64,000 nt of DNA from contig JACPJC010000006.1 in NCBI GenBank assembly GCA_016187745.1, forward strand, positions 64,001 to 128,000, written 5' to 3'. The number at the start of each line of letters is the position of its first letter. The first letter of the stretch is position 1. Below the pieces are notes generated by a model. The model searched no databases and was not told the origin of the DNA. It saw only the letters and a program-made list of their open reading frames with translations. This DNA is from Candidatus Iainarchaeum sp. (lineage in GTDB: Archaea; Iainarchaeota; Iainarchaeia; Iainarchaeales; JAXPJC01). Position numbers and translations under genes: made by a program. Below are positions 17,679 through 27,100 of the stretch, piece by piece.

Positions 17679-18326
17679 TTATTGCCCAGGCTTGTAAGCG
17701 GCCTTTTTGCACACGGCATTGAACCTGCACGCAGCGCACTTCCATTTCTCATCCGCCGCGGAGAAATCAGCATTTCCCGAGAAGAGCGCATGCATGCGCG
17801 AAATAAGCCCCTCAGCTGCAAGCTTTGCGTCCTCATTGAACCGCTCCGCGAAAACGAATTTCTGAGATTCTGAATTCTGGACCGCATTGCAGATTTCCCC
17901 TTCCCATCTGTAGGCATCGGAAAAGCACAGGCAATATGCGCGCAGCTGGTTTATGTCTGCAGCCTTTGCGCTCAGGGAGGGCTTGTTGTCTATTATGAGG
18001 GCGCGCTCCCTGAACAGCTGGATTTCATCAATTTTTCCGGTTAGCCTGTATTTTTCGGATTTTAGTGAAAACTCGCGCATGCTGAAGGGCTCAATTTCCC
18101 CGCGGAGCAACTTATTTATGTGAGTTTCAATAGGCTCCTCTATCGGGGCTGCCTTTTCCCTGAAAGCCTGCTCAAGCTCCGCGTGCTTCTGCAGGCCTGA
18201 AAGCATTTCTTTTGTCGCCGGCAATTTTATGCGCAGGACATGCTGAAGGTAAAGCTGATACTCGCAGAAATCCTGCGTGTGAAGCCAGCTTATGGGGATT
18301 AAATCGCGCTTTATGAGCTCAAACAT
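17679..18326 (-). CDS. cas4: solo Cas4-like PD-(D/E)xK exonuclease with Fe-S cysteines
   Basis: N-terminal FCEYQ Cys, GLQKH, LTGKIDEI, IIDNK, QLRAY, C-terminal CAACRFNAVC. Confidence 0.8.
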   Translation of the reverse strand: MFELIKRDLIPISWLHTQDFCEYQLYLQHVLRIKLPATKEMLSGLQKHAELEQAFREKAAPIEEPIETHINKLLRGEIEPFSMREFSLKSEKYRLTGKIDEIQLFRERALIIDNKPSLSAKAADINQLRAYCLCFSDAYRWEGEICNAVQNSESQKFVFAERFNEDAKLAAEGLISRMHALFSGNADFSAADEKWKCAACRFNAVCKKAAYKPGQ

Positions 18327-18381
18327 GTAAGAATTGGGGAAAATCCGTTTATATTGATTTGGATAGCAGACCGCCGCTGAA

Positions 18382-19713
18382 TTATCTGTTAATTATCCTA
18401 TAAATCGGATATCCAAGCGCAACGACAACCAGCCCGAAAATTATTATCGGGATGTCATAGCCCAATATGTGCACAACCTCAATGAACTGGAAGAGCATGA
18501 AGAAGCAGAAGAGCGCTCCCAAAAAGGAAAGCACTGGGAATTTTCCAATGCTGATTGGCGCTTTAAAGGTGCGCTTTGCATTGGGCTTGGAATAGCGGAG
18601 CAGGACAACTGCTGCATTCACCGCAAGGAATACCACAAAAACCCCGAAATCAGTAATGGAGGCGACAACGCCGATTTTCCCAAGGAGCGTGAAAAGCATT
18701 GCAAAAACAGCGCTCAGCGCAATAGCAATATGCGGAGTCTTTCTCCCGTCATGGACTTTTGCAAGCCATTTTGGAAGGGAACTTTCGGAAGCCATCCCAT
18801 AGAGCATGCGGCTAGTTACAATAAGCAGAATCAGCACCGTGTTTGCTGTTGCAAACAATGCCATTACCGCAAGCAGGAAGTAGGCGGAACCCCCGAATGA
18901 TTTTTCAGCAACCGTTGCTAAGGGGGCATTACTCTGGGAAAGCTCATTCCAGGGAACAGCGCTTACTGCGGCAATGGAAACAAGGATGTAAATTACAGTG
19001 CTTATTGCAAGCGCAATCAGCAGGGCTTTGGGAATTGTTTTCTTTGCGTTTTTGGTTTCCTCGGACATGTTTGCCATTTCCTCGAAGCCGAGGTATGCGA
19101 AAAATATTATTGCAGTTGCGGCAAGGATTGTGGAGAAGAACTCAAGGCTGAAGGGAAGCGCGTTTCCCGGAACCTCAAGATAATTCACATTTCCGAAGAA
19201 TGAAACCCCCAGTGCAATTATTATCAGCAGGCCTAGCATCTCAACTGCTGTTGCAACAATGTTGAATCTTGCTGATTCCTTTATTCCCCAGAAATTCAGG
19301 AGGGAAAGAACGGCAATAAGTGCAAGCGCATTCAGTATTTGGGGAGTTCCAAAAATAGCCTGGAAGTAGCCCCCGAAGCCCAGCGCAACCGTGGAAACCG
19401 AAACAATTCCCGTAACAATTCCGACCCAACCGATAATGAATGCGAGGGACTTTTTCCTTGTGGCCTCCTTCACATAAACAAATTCTGCCGCCTCCTTTGA
19501 AAACATTCCTGAAAGCTCGGCATAGCTGAAGGCCGTAAAGCTGGCAATTATTGCTGCAACTACAAAAGAAAGCCAGATTGCATTGCCCGCAATCCCTGCT
19601 GCGTGCCCTATGAGCGCATAAATCCCTGCGCCCAGAATAATGCCTACCCCATAAGCAGTAGCCTCAAACAGGCCCAATGCCTTCTTCAGCTTTACTTCCT
19701 TTTTGAGCTTCAT
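18382..19713 (-). CDS. APC-family amino acid permease
   Basis: GVGIILGAGIY, SYAELS, FFAYLGFE, SEETKNAKKTIPKA, SRMLYGMA; about 12 TM segments. Confidence 0.92.
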   Translation of the reverse strand: MKLKKEVKLKKALGLFEATAYGVGIILGAGIYALIGHAAGIAGNAIWLSFVVAAIIASFTAFSYAELSGMFSKEAAEFVYVKEATRKKSLAFIIGWVGIVTGIVSVSTVALGFGGYFQAIFGTPQILNALALIAVLSLLNFWGIKESARFNIVATAVEMLGLLIIIALGVSFFGNVNYLEVPGNALPFSLEFFSTILAATAIIFFAYLGFEEMANMSEETKNAKKTIPKALLIALAISTVIYILVSIAAVSAVPWNELSQSNAPLATVAEKSFGGSAYFLLAVMALFATANTVLILLIVTSRMLYGMASESSLPKWLAKVHDGRKTPHIAIALSAVFAMLFTLLGKIGVVASITDFGVFVVFLAVNAAVVLLRYSKPNAKRTFKAPISIGKFPVLSFLGALFCFFMLFQFIEVVHILGYDIPIIIFGLVVVALGYPIYRIINR

Positions 19714-19718
19714 TCAAA

Positions 19719-20081
19719 TCAGCGCTTTTTCTTTTTTCTGCTCTTTTTAACCGCGCCTTTTATTCCGGAGCGCTTCTGCTTGAGGAGCTCAGTGAAATGC
19801 GCTATGCGGTTGTATGTGTAGATTATTGCAACAACAAGCACGGCAAAGCCTGCATATTCAAGGATGCTTGGAATTCCCTTCGGGAGAAGGTTTATTTCAG
19901 GGTCAAAATAGACTATTATTGCCGCAACAAGCACAAAAACAAGCGCGAGTTCAACAGCAGCAAGAAGCACAACGCTCTTGTCCTCTTTCACATGGCGCAG
20001 CTTTGATTTCGCGCCTTCAATCGCATATTCGGTTCCCTTTCCGCCCAGGGATTCCTTAAGCGCCCTTAATTTCCTTCCCAT
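19719..20081 (-). CDS. hypothetical membrane protein (2 TM)
   Basis: two hydrophobic segments and basic termini; stop lies 5 bp before the permease start. Confidence 0.65.
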   Translation of the reverse strand: MGRKLRALKESLGGKGTEYAIEGAKSKLRHVKEDKSVVLLAAVELALVFVLVAAIIVYFDPEINLLPKGIPSILEYAGFAVLVVAIIYTYNRIAHFTELLKQKRSGIKGAVKKSRKKKKR

Positions 20082-20176
20082 GATCTAAATAAATCAACTA
20101 ACTTATAAATAAGGATTTTGGTGGGATTTGGCTTATTTTTGAGCTTTGTACTATTTAGAATTTGTACCAAAATCGC

Positions 20177-20184
20177 TTTATAAA
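20177..20184 (+). promoter_or_regulatory. TATA box (TTTATAAA) with upstream purine-rich BRE-like tract
   Basis: CAAAATCGC-TTTATAAA about 25-30 bp before the structured leader. Confidence 0.5.
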
Positions 20185-20209
20185 GCCTCAAATGCTGTTT
20201 AATATAATA

Positions 20210-20317
20210 ACTTCCCAAACACAAGGCCTGGGCGCATGCTCAGGTTTTGTGCACCCTCACAAAAGAATGATGTTTGAGAAGAAAGGCCCCGAAGCCTTTC
20301 TTCCATCCTATTTTTTT
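20210..20317 (+). ncRNA. candidate structured leader or small RNA ending in a hairpin plus T-tract
   Basis: 14-bp stem 20220-20251 with three G-U pairs; alternative three-way junction; GAAGAAAGGC/GCCTTTCTTC hairpin followed by T7. Confidence 0.5.
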
Positions 20318-20355
20318 AACATTTCGGTTCAGATAGTTAGCAAGGTGATGAAACA

Positions 20356-20658
20356 ATGGCTCCGTGGGACCCTCTGAAAATGCTGATTGGAAGCGCTGAA
20401 ACCCTTTCCGCGCCGATAATATGGATTGTACTAATACTCTCAATTGCGCTTTTTGCAATATCCTTTTTGGCATACAACAAAAATAAAACCAAAAAGCTCC
20501 TTTTCGTGTGCATTGCATTTTTCCTTTTTGCTGTGAAGTTCGTCCTGATGGCGCTTGATTTGTATGTGAGCCCGGGAAAGTTCTTTTCAGTTCCCATAGG
20601 GAATGTCTTTGACCTTGCAATAATGCTACTTCTGTTTGCTGCAATATTCAGGAAGTAG
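20356..20658 (+). CDS. small 3-TM membrane protein co-oriented with the wHTH regulator
   Basis: three hydrophobic helices; SD AGGTGA; this gene pairing is common in archaea. Confidence 0.7.
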   Translation: MAPWDPLKMLIGSAETLSAPIIWIVLILSIALFAISFLAYNKNKTKKLLFVCIAFFLFAVKFVLMALDLYVSPGKFFSVPIGNVFDLAIMLLLFAAIFRK

Positions 20659-20669
20659 GTGCATCCGGA

Positions 20670-21284
20670 ATGCAACCTATGCAGCCCGAGGCGCAGGAAA
20701 TTCCTTATTTTGATGAGGCAAAGGAGGCGCTTGCGCTGGGCGTAAGGAATAAAATATACAAGGTTGTCGAGGGTGCCCCTGGATTGCATTTCCGCGAAAT
20801 CCAGAGGCGCACAAACCTTGCAATCGGAAGCCTGCAGTACCATCTGGAGTACCTGCAGAAAAAGCATTTATTGCGCGCAGAGCGCGAGGGGAAATTCGTA
20901 AGATACTATGCAATACGCGCGCCGGATTTGGGCGCCGACACGCAGCTAATGAACCTGCTCAGGCAGCAGAGCATAAGGAGGATTGCACTTTTTTTATTAA
21001 CGCGCAAGCGCGCGAGCAATGCGGCGATTGCCGCTGCAATAGGCGTTTCGCCTTCAACAGCCTCATGGCACATTGATAAGCTCATAAAGACTAATATTGT
21101 CGCAAAAAAGCGCAGGGGGAGAAAATGCTCCTTTTATTTGGTTGAGCCTGACAGAGTAAGGAATCTCATCCTGAATTACAGGAAGAGCTTTTTGGATGAG
21201 CTTGTGGACGGCTTTGCGGAAATCTGGGACCAGATGGAAGTCGCGAATGCCGCAAAGGAAAGCGCAAGGGCGAGGAAGAAATAA
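20670..21284 (+). CDS. double winged-helix (ArsR-like) transcriptional regulator
   Basis: PGLHFREIQRRTNLAIGSLQYHLEYL and a second HTH NAAIAAAIGVSPSTASWHIDKL. Confidence 0.88.
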   Translation: MQPMQPEAQEIPYFDEAKEALALGVRNKIYKVVEGAPGLHFREIQRRTNLAIGSLQYHLEYLQKKHLLRAEREGKFVRYYAIRAPDLGADTQLMNLLRQQSIRRIALFLLTRKRASNAAIAAAIGVSPSTASWHIDKLIKTNIVAKKRRGRKCSFYLVEPDRVRNLILNYRKSFLDELVDGFAEIWDQMEVANAAKESARARKK

Positions 21285-21320
21285 ATAGTGTTTTATGCCT
21301 TAATGCCGGAAACCGCAAAT

Positions 21321-23182
21321 TTACTTGACGCATGCACCGTCTTCGCAGCTGCCTGCGCACGCAACTAGATCTCCGCCGGTTTTTCCCTCAGAGGTGCAGT
21401 AAAACTCCATAACATTGCTCTTGTCTGGACAATAATCATCCTGGCTTCTATAGCCATCATCAAATGTCCCCGTAACAGTTCCTTTAATCGTAGTTTCTAT
21501 TCCGCCATCTGTGTCTGTGCATGCTTCTTTTAGGCATGCACCATCATTGCAGCCGTTTGCGCAGGGCACCCATGATTCATAAACCGGCGTGCTGTCTTCG
21601 CAATATCCCTCATTCAGGTAACAATTGCTTCCTGAGCAGCTATCTACAAGATAATCCTTTTTTGTAATGTCCAAGCATGTGTCATCGGCGAAAGTCTCCA
21701 GCCCATTGACTATCCCCTTAGCAACCCCTTGTACATAATAGTCCTTTCCGCCGTCGGAGTCTGTGCATGTTGCTTCTGTTACTTTCAGCATTTTTATTTT
21801 AACTGAGGTTGTTTTGTTTGCAGAAACTGACACTTTTTGCCTGGCTTCCAAATAACCCTTCTTTTTTACTGAAACTTCATATGAGCCTGTGGCTAAAGAT
21901 TTGATAGTAACTGGTGTTTTGCCTAGGCTTTCCCATTCGCCAATACCTGAGCTCCTTATATAAGCATCCGCCTTGCTCGGTGTTGAAGTGATTTTCAATT
22001 TGCCAGTGGTAACTGTTTCTTTTTTGAGTTTTGCATGCACCTTTGTAGTCTTATTTGCGGATATTTTTATTGTTTTAATATAGGAAATATAACCTCCCAG
22101 CTCAACTGCAATCTTGTAAGTGCCTACATCAACTTCCATTTCCAGCGGAGTTTTCCCGGGGCTGTTTGTTACATTGAGCCCAACATTAGTTAGCCAGACA
22201 GTTGCACCACTTGGATCAGAAGTTATTTGCAATTTGCCAAATGCTGTAGGCACTGTAGCTGCGCCTGTTGTTTTTGCTGATTTGCCCTTTGTTTTCTTTG
22301 TTGTGGTTGCCTTTGTCAGCTTTGCATGCATGGGGGTTGTTCTGTTTGCCTTAACCACAACGCTCTTGCTGTAATCCTTGTAGCCTTTCTTTTTGACCAG
22401 AACCTTGTGAGTTCCTGTTGTTTGGTCCTTAACCGTCAAGGGGGTCATGCCGGCGTATCTCTCATCAACATAAACATCCGCCTTGCTGGGGCTGGAGGTC
22501 ACTTTTATTTTGCCGTATTCCTGCTTTTTGCAAGCGCCATCATCACATCCGCTGGAGCACACATAATGCACAGAAGAAGTAAAACTTGTGTTGGAGGGGC
22601 AGAAATATTCGCGCAAAGCATCTTCTACAAATTTGCCATCAATTATTGCATCAACACAAGCATCATTAACCTGTGTTGTGTCTACTAATGCCCTGTTGCT
22701 GTCGCTGCCTGCATTTACATCATATTTACTAGTTGTAGTCGTGCCTTTTGCATAGTAATCCTGCCCACCATCGCTTTCCGAGCATTCATAGGCAGTTGAC
22801 CTGTTTGAGTCTGAAGTGTTTGAATCTGCATTTGCATCTGATTTTTGCAGTTCTGCTTTCAGCAAGCTAGTGTTATACGGTATGAAATAATCCGCCGCAT
22901 ATTCGCTTTCATAATCCTTATAGCCAGACATCTTTAATACTAATTTAAATTCAGTTGGGGCTGATGAAATGCCTATTGGCGTTTTTCCATATAGTAGAAT
23001 TCCTTATTTATGCCGAGATTTGTAAAATACACATCTGCCCCGCTTGGATTTGATGTTATATACATATATCCGTTTTCATCGCCATACATCCAGCCATTGC
23101 CGGTATCAAGTGCCTTTGCGTTAGCAGTGGATAAAAACAGGATAAGAAGCGCAAATGCAAAAATAATTTTTGTGGAATTCAT
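21321..23182 (-). pseudogene. secreted PEGA-domain and Cys-rich repeat surface protein, split by a 1-nt frameshift near 22990 (ORFs 22973-23182 and 21321-22931)
   Basis: signal peptide plus the first half of a PEGA repeat (YITSNPSGADVY) in the upstream ORF; the -1 frame continues GKTPIGISS...LKMSGYKDY; three further PEGA repeats and CxDSDGG modules follow. Confidence 0.75.
21369..21416. repeat. 48-bp exact repeat within a Cys-rich module shared with 27291-27338
   Basis: ATCTCCGCCGGTTTTTCCCTCAGAGGTGCAGTAAAACTCCATAACATT is identical at both sites. Confidence 0.9.
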
Positions 23183-23259
23183 TCTATCTAATGAATTAAT
23201 GCTTATTCCATATATATATCTTTCTGTTTTGTTAGTTGATTTGGATGTTCGGCAAATGC

Positions 23260-23874
23260 CTATTGCGTGGAGAGCGCCTTTGCAATTCCCATCAGTATTG
23301 CATCAATCAGCGAGAAAAGCGCGGTAATTATGCCTGGATTGTAGGCTGAGAGCAGGACAAATGCAAGCCATATTATGCGGAAGGCAAAGGCGTAATTGAA
23401 AAGGAGCATCAGGCCAAGCAGGAGCACAAGCGGAATAAATACAAAGGGGAATGTAATCAGCCAGAAGATGCGCATTGATGCCTTTTTTCCGCGCAATATT
23501 GCCTTTGAATAGAAATTTATGAGCGTGCTGAAGGAGTTTTTCGCATCCTGCACGCTTGGGAAGGAATAGAGGATAAGCGCGAAGGCGAACCAGTAGTAAA
23601 TAATTACAATAATATTGAATTCCGAAAGCATTGCATTTGCGGCATTGAGGAGCAATATGGCGAAGAAATTCCCCAATACGAACGGCGCAAGCGTAATTAC
23701 TATTGATTGCCAGACATTCGGCTGCTCGTGCGCTACATATGCTTCCTCGGTTCCGAAGAATTTTACTTTCCGGACTTTAACTCCGCAGAAAATGCAGGCG
23801 ATGTAGTGCGAGAGCTCGTGGAATATCATTCCCGGAAAAAATACGTAATGCCAGAATAATTGCCTTGAAGCCAT
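23260..23874 (-). CDS. membrane zinc metalloprotease-like protein (HExxH; DUF3267/M50-like)
   Basis: FFPGMIFHELSHYIAC, ITLAPF, FPSVQD; multiple TM segments. Confidence 0.75.
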   Translation of the reverse strand: MASRQLFWHYVFFPGMIFHELSHYIACIFCGVKVRKVKFFGTEEAYVAHEQPNVWQSIVITLAPFVLGNFFAILLLNAANAMLSEFNIIVIIYYWFAFALILYSFPSVQDAKNSFSTLINFYSKAILRGKKASMRIFWLITFPFVFIPLVLLLGLMLLFNYAFAFRIIWLAFVLLSAYNPGIITALFSLIDAILMGIAKALSTQ

Positions 23875-23910
23875 AATTTAAATTGGGCATTCAAATTTAA
23901 AATGCAGACG

Positions 23911-24126
23911 CTATATTGGGAGTTCGGGGGGCGCATCAGAGCTTGCTGCCGTTTCGCTTCCCGGAGTTGGCGGATTTGAAATCTTGCAGTCATTTGCGCA
24001 ATTTTCAACATTCTCGCCCTTGTCGCATGTGCTGTTGTTGTTGCATGCCTGCTCAACGCAGCCGCTGAGCAACAATAGCAAAACCAGCGCAACCCCGAAA
24101 ATTAAAATCGTTTTTTTCATTTTCAT
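23911..24126 (-). CDS. small Cys-rich lipoprotein
   Basis: lipobox LLSGC; CNNNSTCDKGENVENCANDC; TAATG overlap with the upstream gene. Confidence 0.75.
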   Translation of the reverse strand: MKMKKTILIFGVALVLLLLLSGCVEQACNNNSTCDKGENVENCANDCKISNPPTPGSETAASSDAPPELPI

Positions 24127-27100
24127 TATCCCTCTTTGTTGGTACGTTCAAGTACGCATATGCTTGCCTGGCATTTTGGCTCAGGAGCAAAACAGGTCCA
24201 GTCGTCTGATATTACTGTTGGGCAAAGAGTGTTCCTGCATTTTTCTGATAATAATTCATCCCAATACTCAGAGTATTTTTTATTTATTGCAATATTGCTT
24301 CCCCCTGAGCTGCAGCCGCAGCAGCCACCCTGAACTGAAATGCAGTCGTCATTCTCTTCGCAGGCATAAACATTGGGCTCGGGCTCAGGGTTTTCAGGCT
24401 CTTCGGGCTCATCAGGCATTGGGGGCTCAATCTCTCCTTCCCCGAGAATGCAGGATTCCTCAGCATAAACTGCCATTCCCTTGCCCAGATCGCTTTCGCT
24501 TATTTCCCTTGTAAGCGCCTTTTCCCATTTCCTGCTGTTCGCATTGTAGAAATATGCCGCCTTGAATTCGCAGTTCTCAAAGTCCGTTATTTTCTTTTTC
24601 AGCATATCTGCAAACACAGGGATGAAATTCCAGCCCTTTTCAAGGGGGGCTATAAACTCCAATGGGAATGATTTCCTGACAGTGCCTTCCGGAGAGCAGC
24701 CCTTTCCGGGATTGTAAAGCCAGATTGCCCTTGTAAATGAAGGCTGTGTTACCGGCTCAAACTTGTTTTCGGCAGTGTTGTATTCAAATATGCGCCAGTC
24801 GCTTACCTCGCAGTCAAATGCGCTCTCTCCGTCTATTTCCCCTGGCAAAGAAATGAGGTTCCAGCCCTTGTATATTTCAAGCTTTATCCTCAGGTCCGTG
24901 TTTTTCTCCGTAACAATGAATTCCGCGCTGCTGCCGCCCACTGCAATAACCTTTATCGTGAAATCCCCCACATCAACGCTTTCGCCTGCACCCAATCTGT
25001 AGGTTTCAAATGGCATTGGCGGCATTGAAATTACCTGCATTGCCGCGTGGCCTGTAATGGCTACTGATGTTGCCGCAACTTGGGTTTTCTTTACAGTTGT
25101 TTCGTAAGTTTCCTGCTCAAGGCGCTTTCCTGTTTCTTTTGCGCTTAGGAGGTAATTGCTGACGCTGAATTCAACCTGCGAGTTTGAGGAATTTATCTGC
25201 AGGATATCAATGCGCAAATTCGCTTCCAGGACATTTGCAGCCTGCTGCCCGGAAAGCTTGAAGGGCTCGTTTGTATGGACATTGATTACCGCTTCGGAGC
25301 CTTTTGTAACCAGGAATGCCGCCGCATTCCCTGATGCCTTTGTCAGCTTTATTTCAAGGCCGTAAAGGCTGAGGGTTTCGCCCTCTGTTATTGTGTAAAT
25401 TGCAACAGGCGGCCGGGATGCTGTTGCGCTTTCGGCATCCGATGCGGGCTGCGCAATTGTTTCATATTTCCAGACGCTTATTTTCGCACTGCCTGTCTTG
25501 ACAGCGTGCAGCTTTATGTTCAGCCCTTCCTCAACAACATATGCTGTTTGCTCCACTTTCAAATCAAACTGCTCATTCAGATGAGCAGTTATAATTTCTT
25601 CCCCGCCACTTTTCTTTACAATAAAAACAGCATTCCCGCTTCCTATGTCAAGAAGCCTTATGGAATAATTCCCAAGGGCGCGCTCCTCTCCCTCCCTCAA
25701 GGAAATATACTGCGGCAGCGCCTGAACGCACATCGCATTTTTAGGGCACGAGGGAACCAGCTGAACCATAATCCTTGCAACAGGCCTTGAGTCGCATCTG
25801 ACCATTTCCTTGGATTTGCCTTTTTCTGCTTTTTCTGTTGCGCATAAAATTTCTTCAAGCCCCTGCAGTGTAATATTCATTGCTATGTTCAGCGCTCTCG
25901 CTTCCTGCATCTGCCCATCATAAACATTTGCTGTCTGGTTCACAAACAGGGAGAATTTGTCGTTCAGATATGCTGTTACTTCCTTGCGCTCTTTCCCCCT
26001 CCTTACAATCAGGCTTGCGGAGTCCCTGCCAACATTTGTAAGCGTTATTTCATGGCCGAAAATTTCCTGGACATTCAGCCCCTTCCTCTGGGTATTTAAT
26101 TTTATATAATCTGTTTGTCCATTGGCTTGAGAAACTGAGAATGCTGCAGTTCCACTCTCGGCATCAAGGCCTTCAAGAGTTATTTTTAATTCAGTTTCCT
26201 TTACAAGCGCGGTCTGGTGCAGCTGCAAATTAAATCCGGAATTAAGGCTTACTGTAATCAAATCGGGCTTTTCCGCTTTTTCAACCATAATGCCTGAGAA
26301 ATGCCTTCCCTCAACCGTTGTCCAAAGGCCGGAAAGCGTGATTTTGTAATTTTCAACATATTCATAGCCGCTGAGCTTAATCCTTATTACATGCACACTT
26401 CCTGAGGCAATGCTCACTGTGAGCTGGGCGTATTCTGCCGCTTCACAAGGTGCTTTCACGCAGACAACATCCCCATAAACTACAATGTCATCAACCGTAA
26501 CTTTCATTAATTCCTCCCCGGATTCGCTGAAAACCCTTGCTGTCTGCTTTTCCTCAAGTGTGATATGCTCCCCAAGCCTTGCCTTTACTTCTTCCGGGGT
26601 TGTTTCCTTTGTTATTACAAAGCTCGCCCAATTGTCAGCAGAAATTGCCGTATTTTTTATTTCAACCCCGAAAACATTTGCAGTGCCACCTACACTGAGC
26701 ATAGTGCTTGTCCCTATGCTCCCCTGGGTTATTGAAATCTGCGCTTCAGGATTTGTGCCGGGGCATTTCTCCCCATAACTGCATTTCACAATCGGATAAT
26801 TCACGCTTGTGAGCTGGATTTCAATATTGTCAGATTCAAGGTATGCTTTTTCCCCGGCATTGAGGCTGAATTCCTCTCCTAATTTTACAACTTTCTTTTG
26901 CTCTTCGCTTACCTGCAGAGTAAATGTGTAGGAATTATTCGATTCGTCAGTTTCAGGAATCTGGTTCAGGTAATCCGCATAGATTGTTATCTTATAGGTG
27001 CCTGCCTTTGTGGCATAGCCCGTCAGAGCCGTTCCTGCGGATTGGTTGTGGCTGAGATAGAGTGAAAATTTATTGTCATATATCTGGACAGCGCCTGAGT

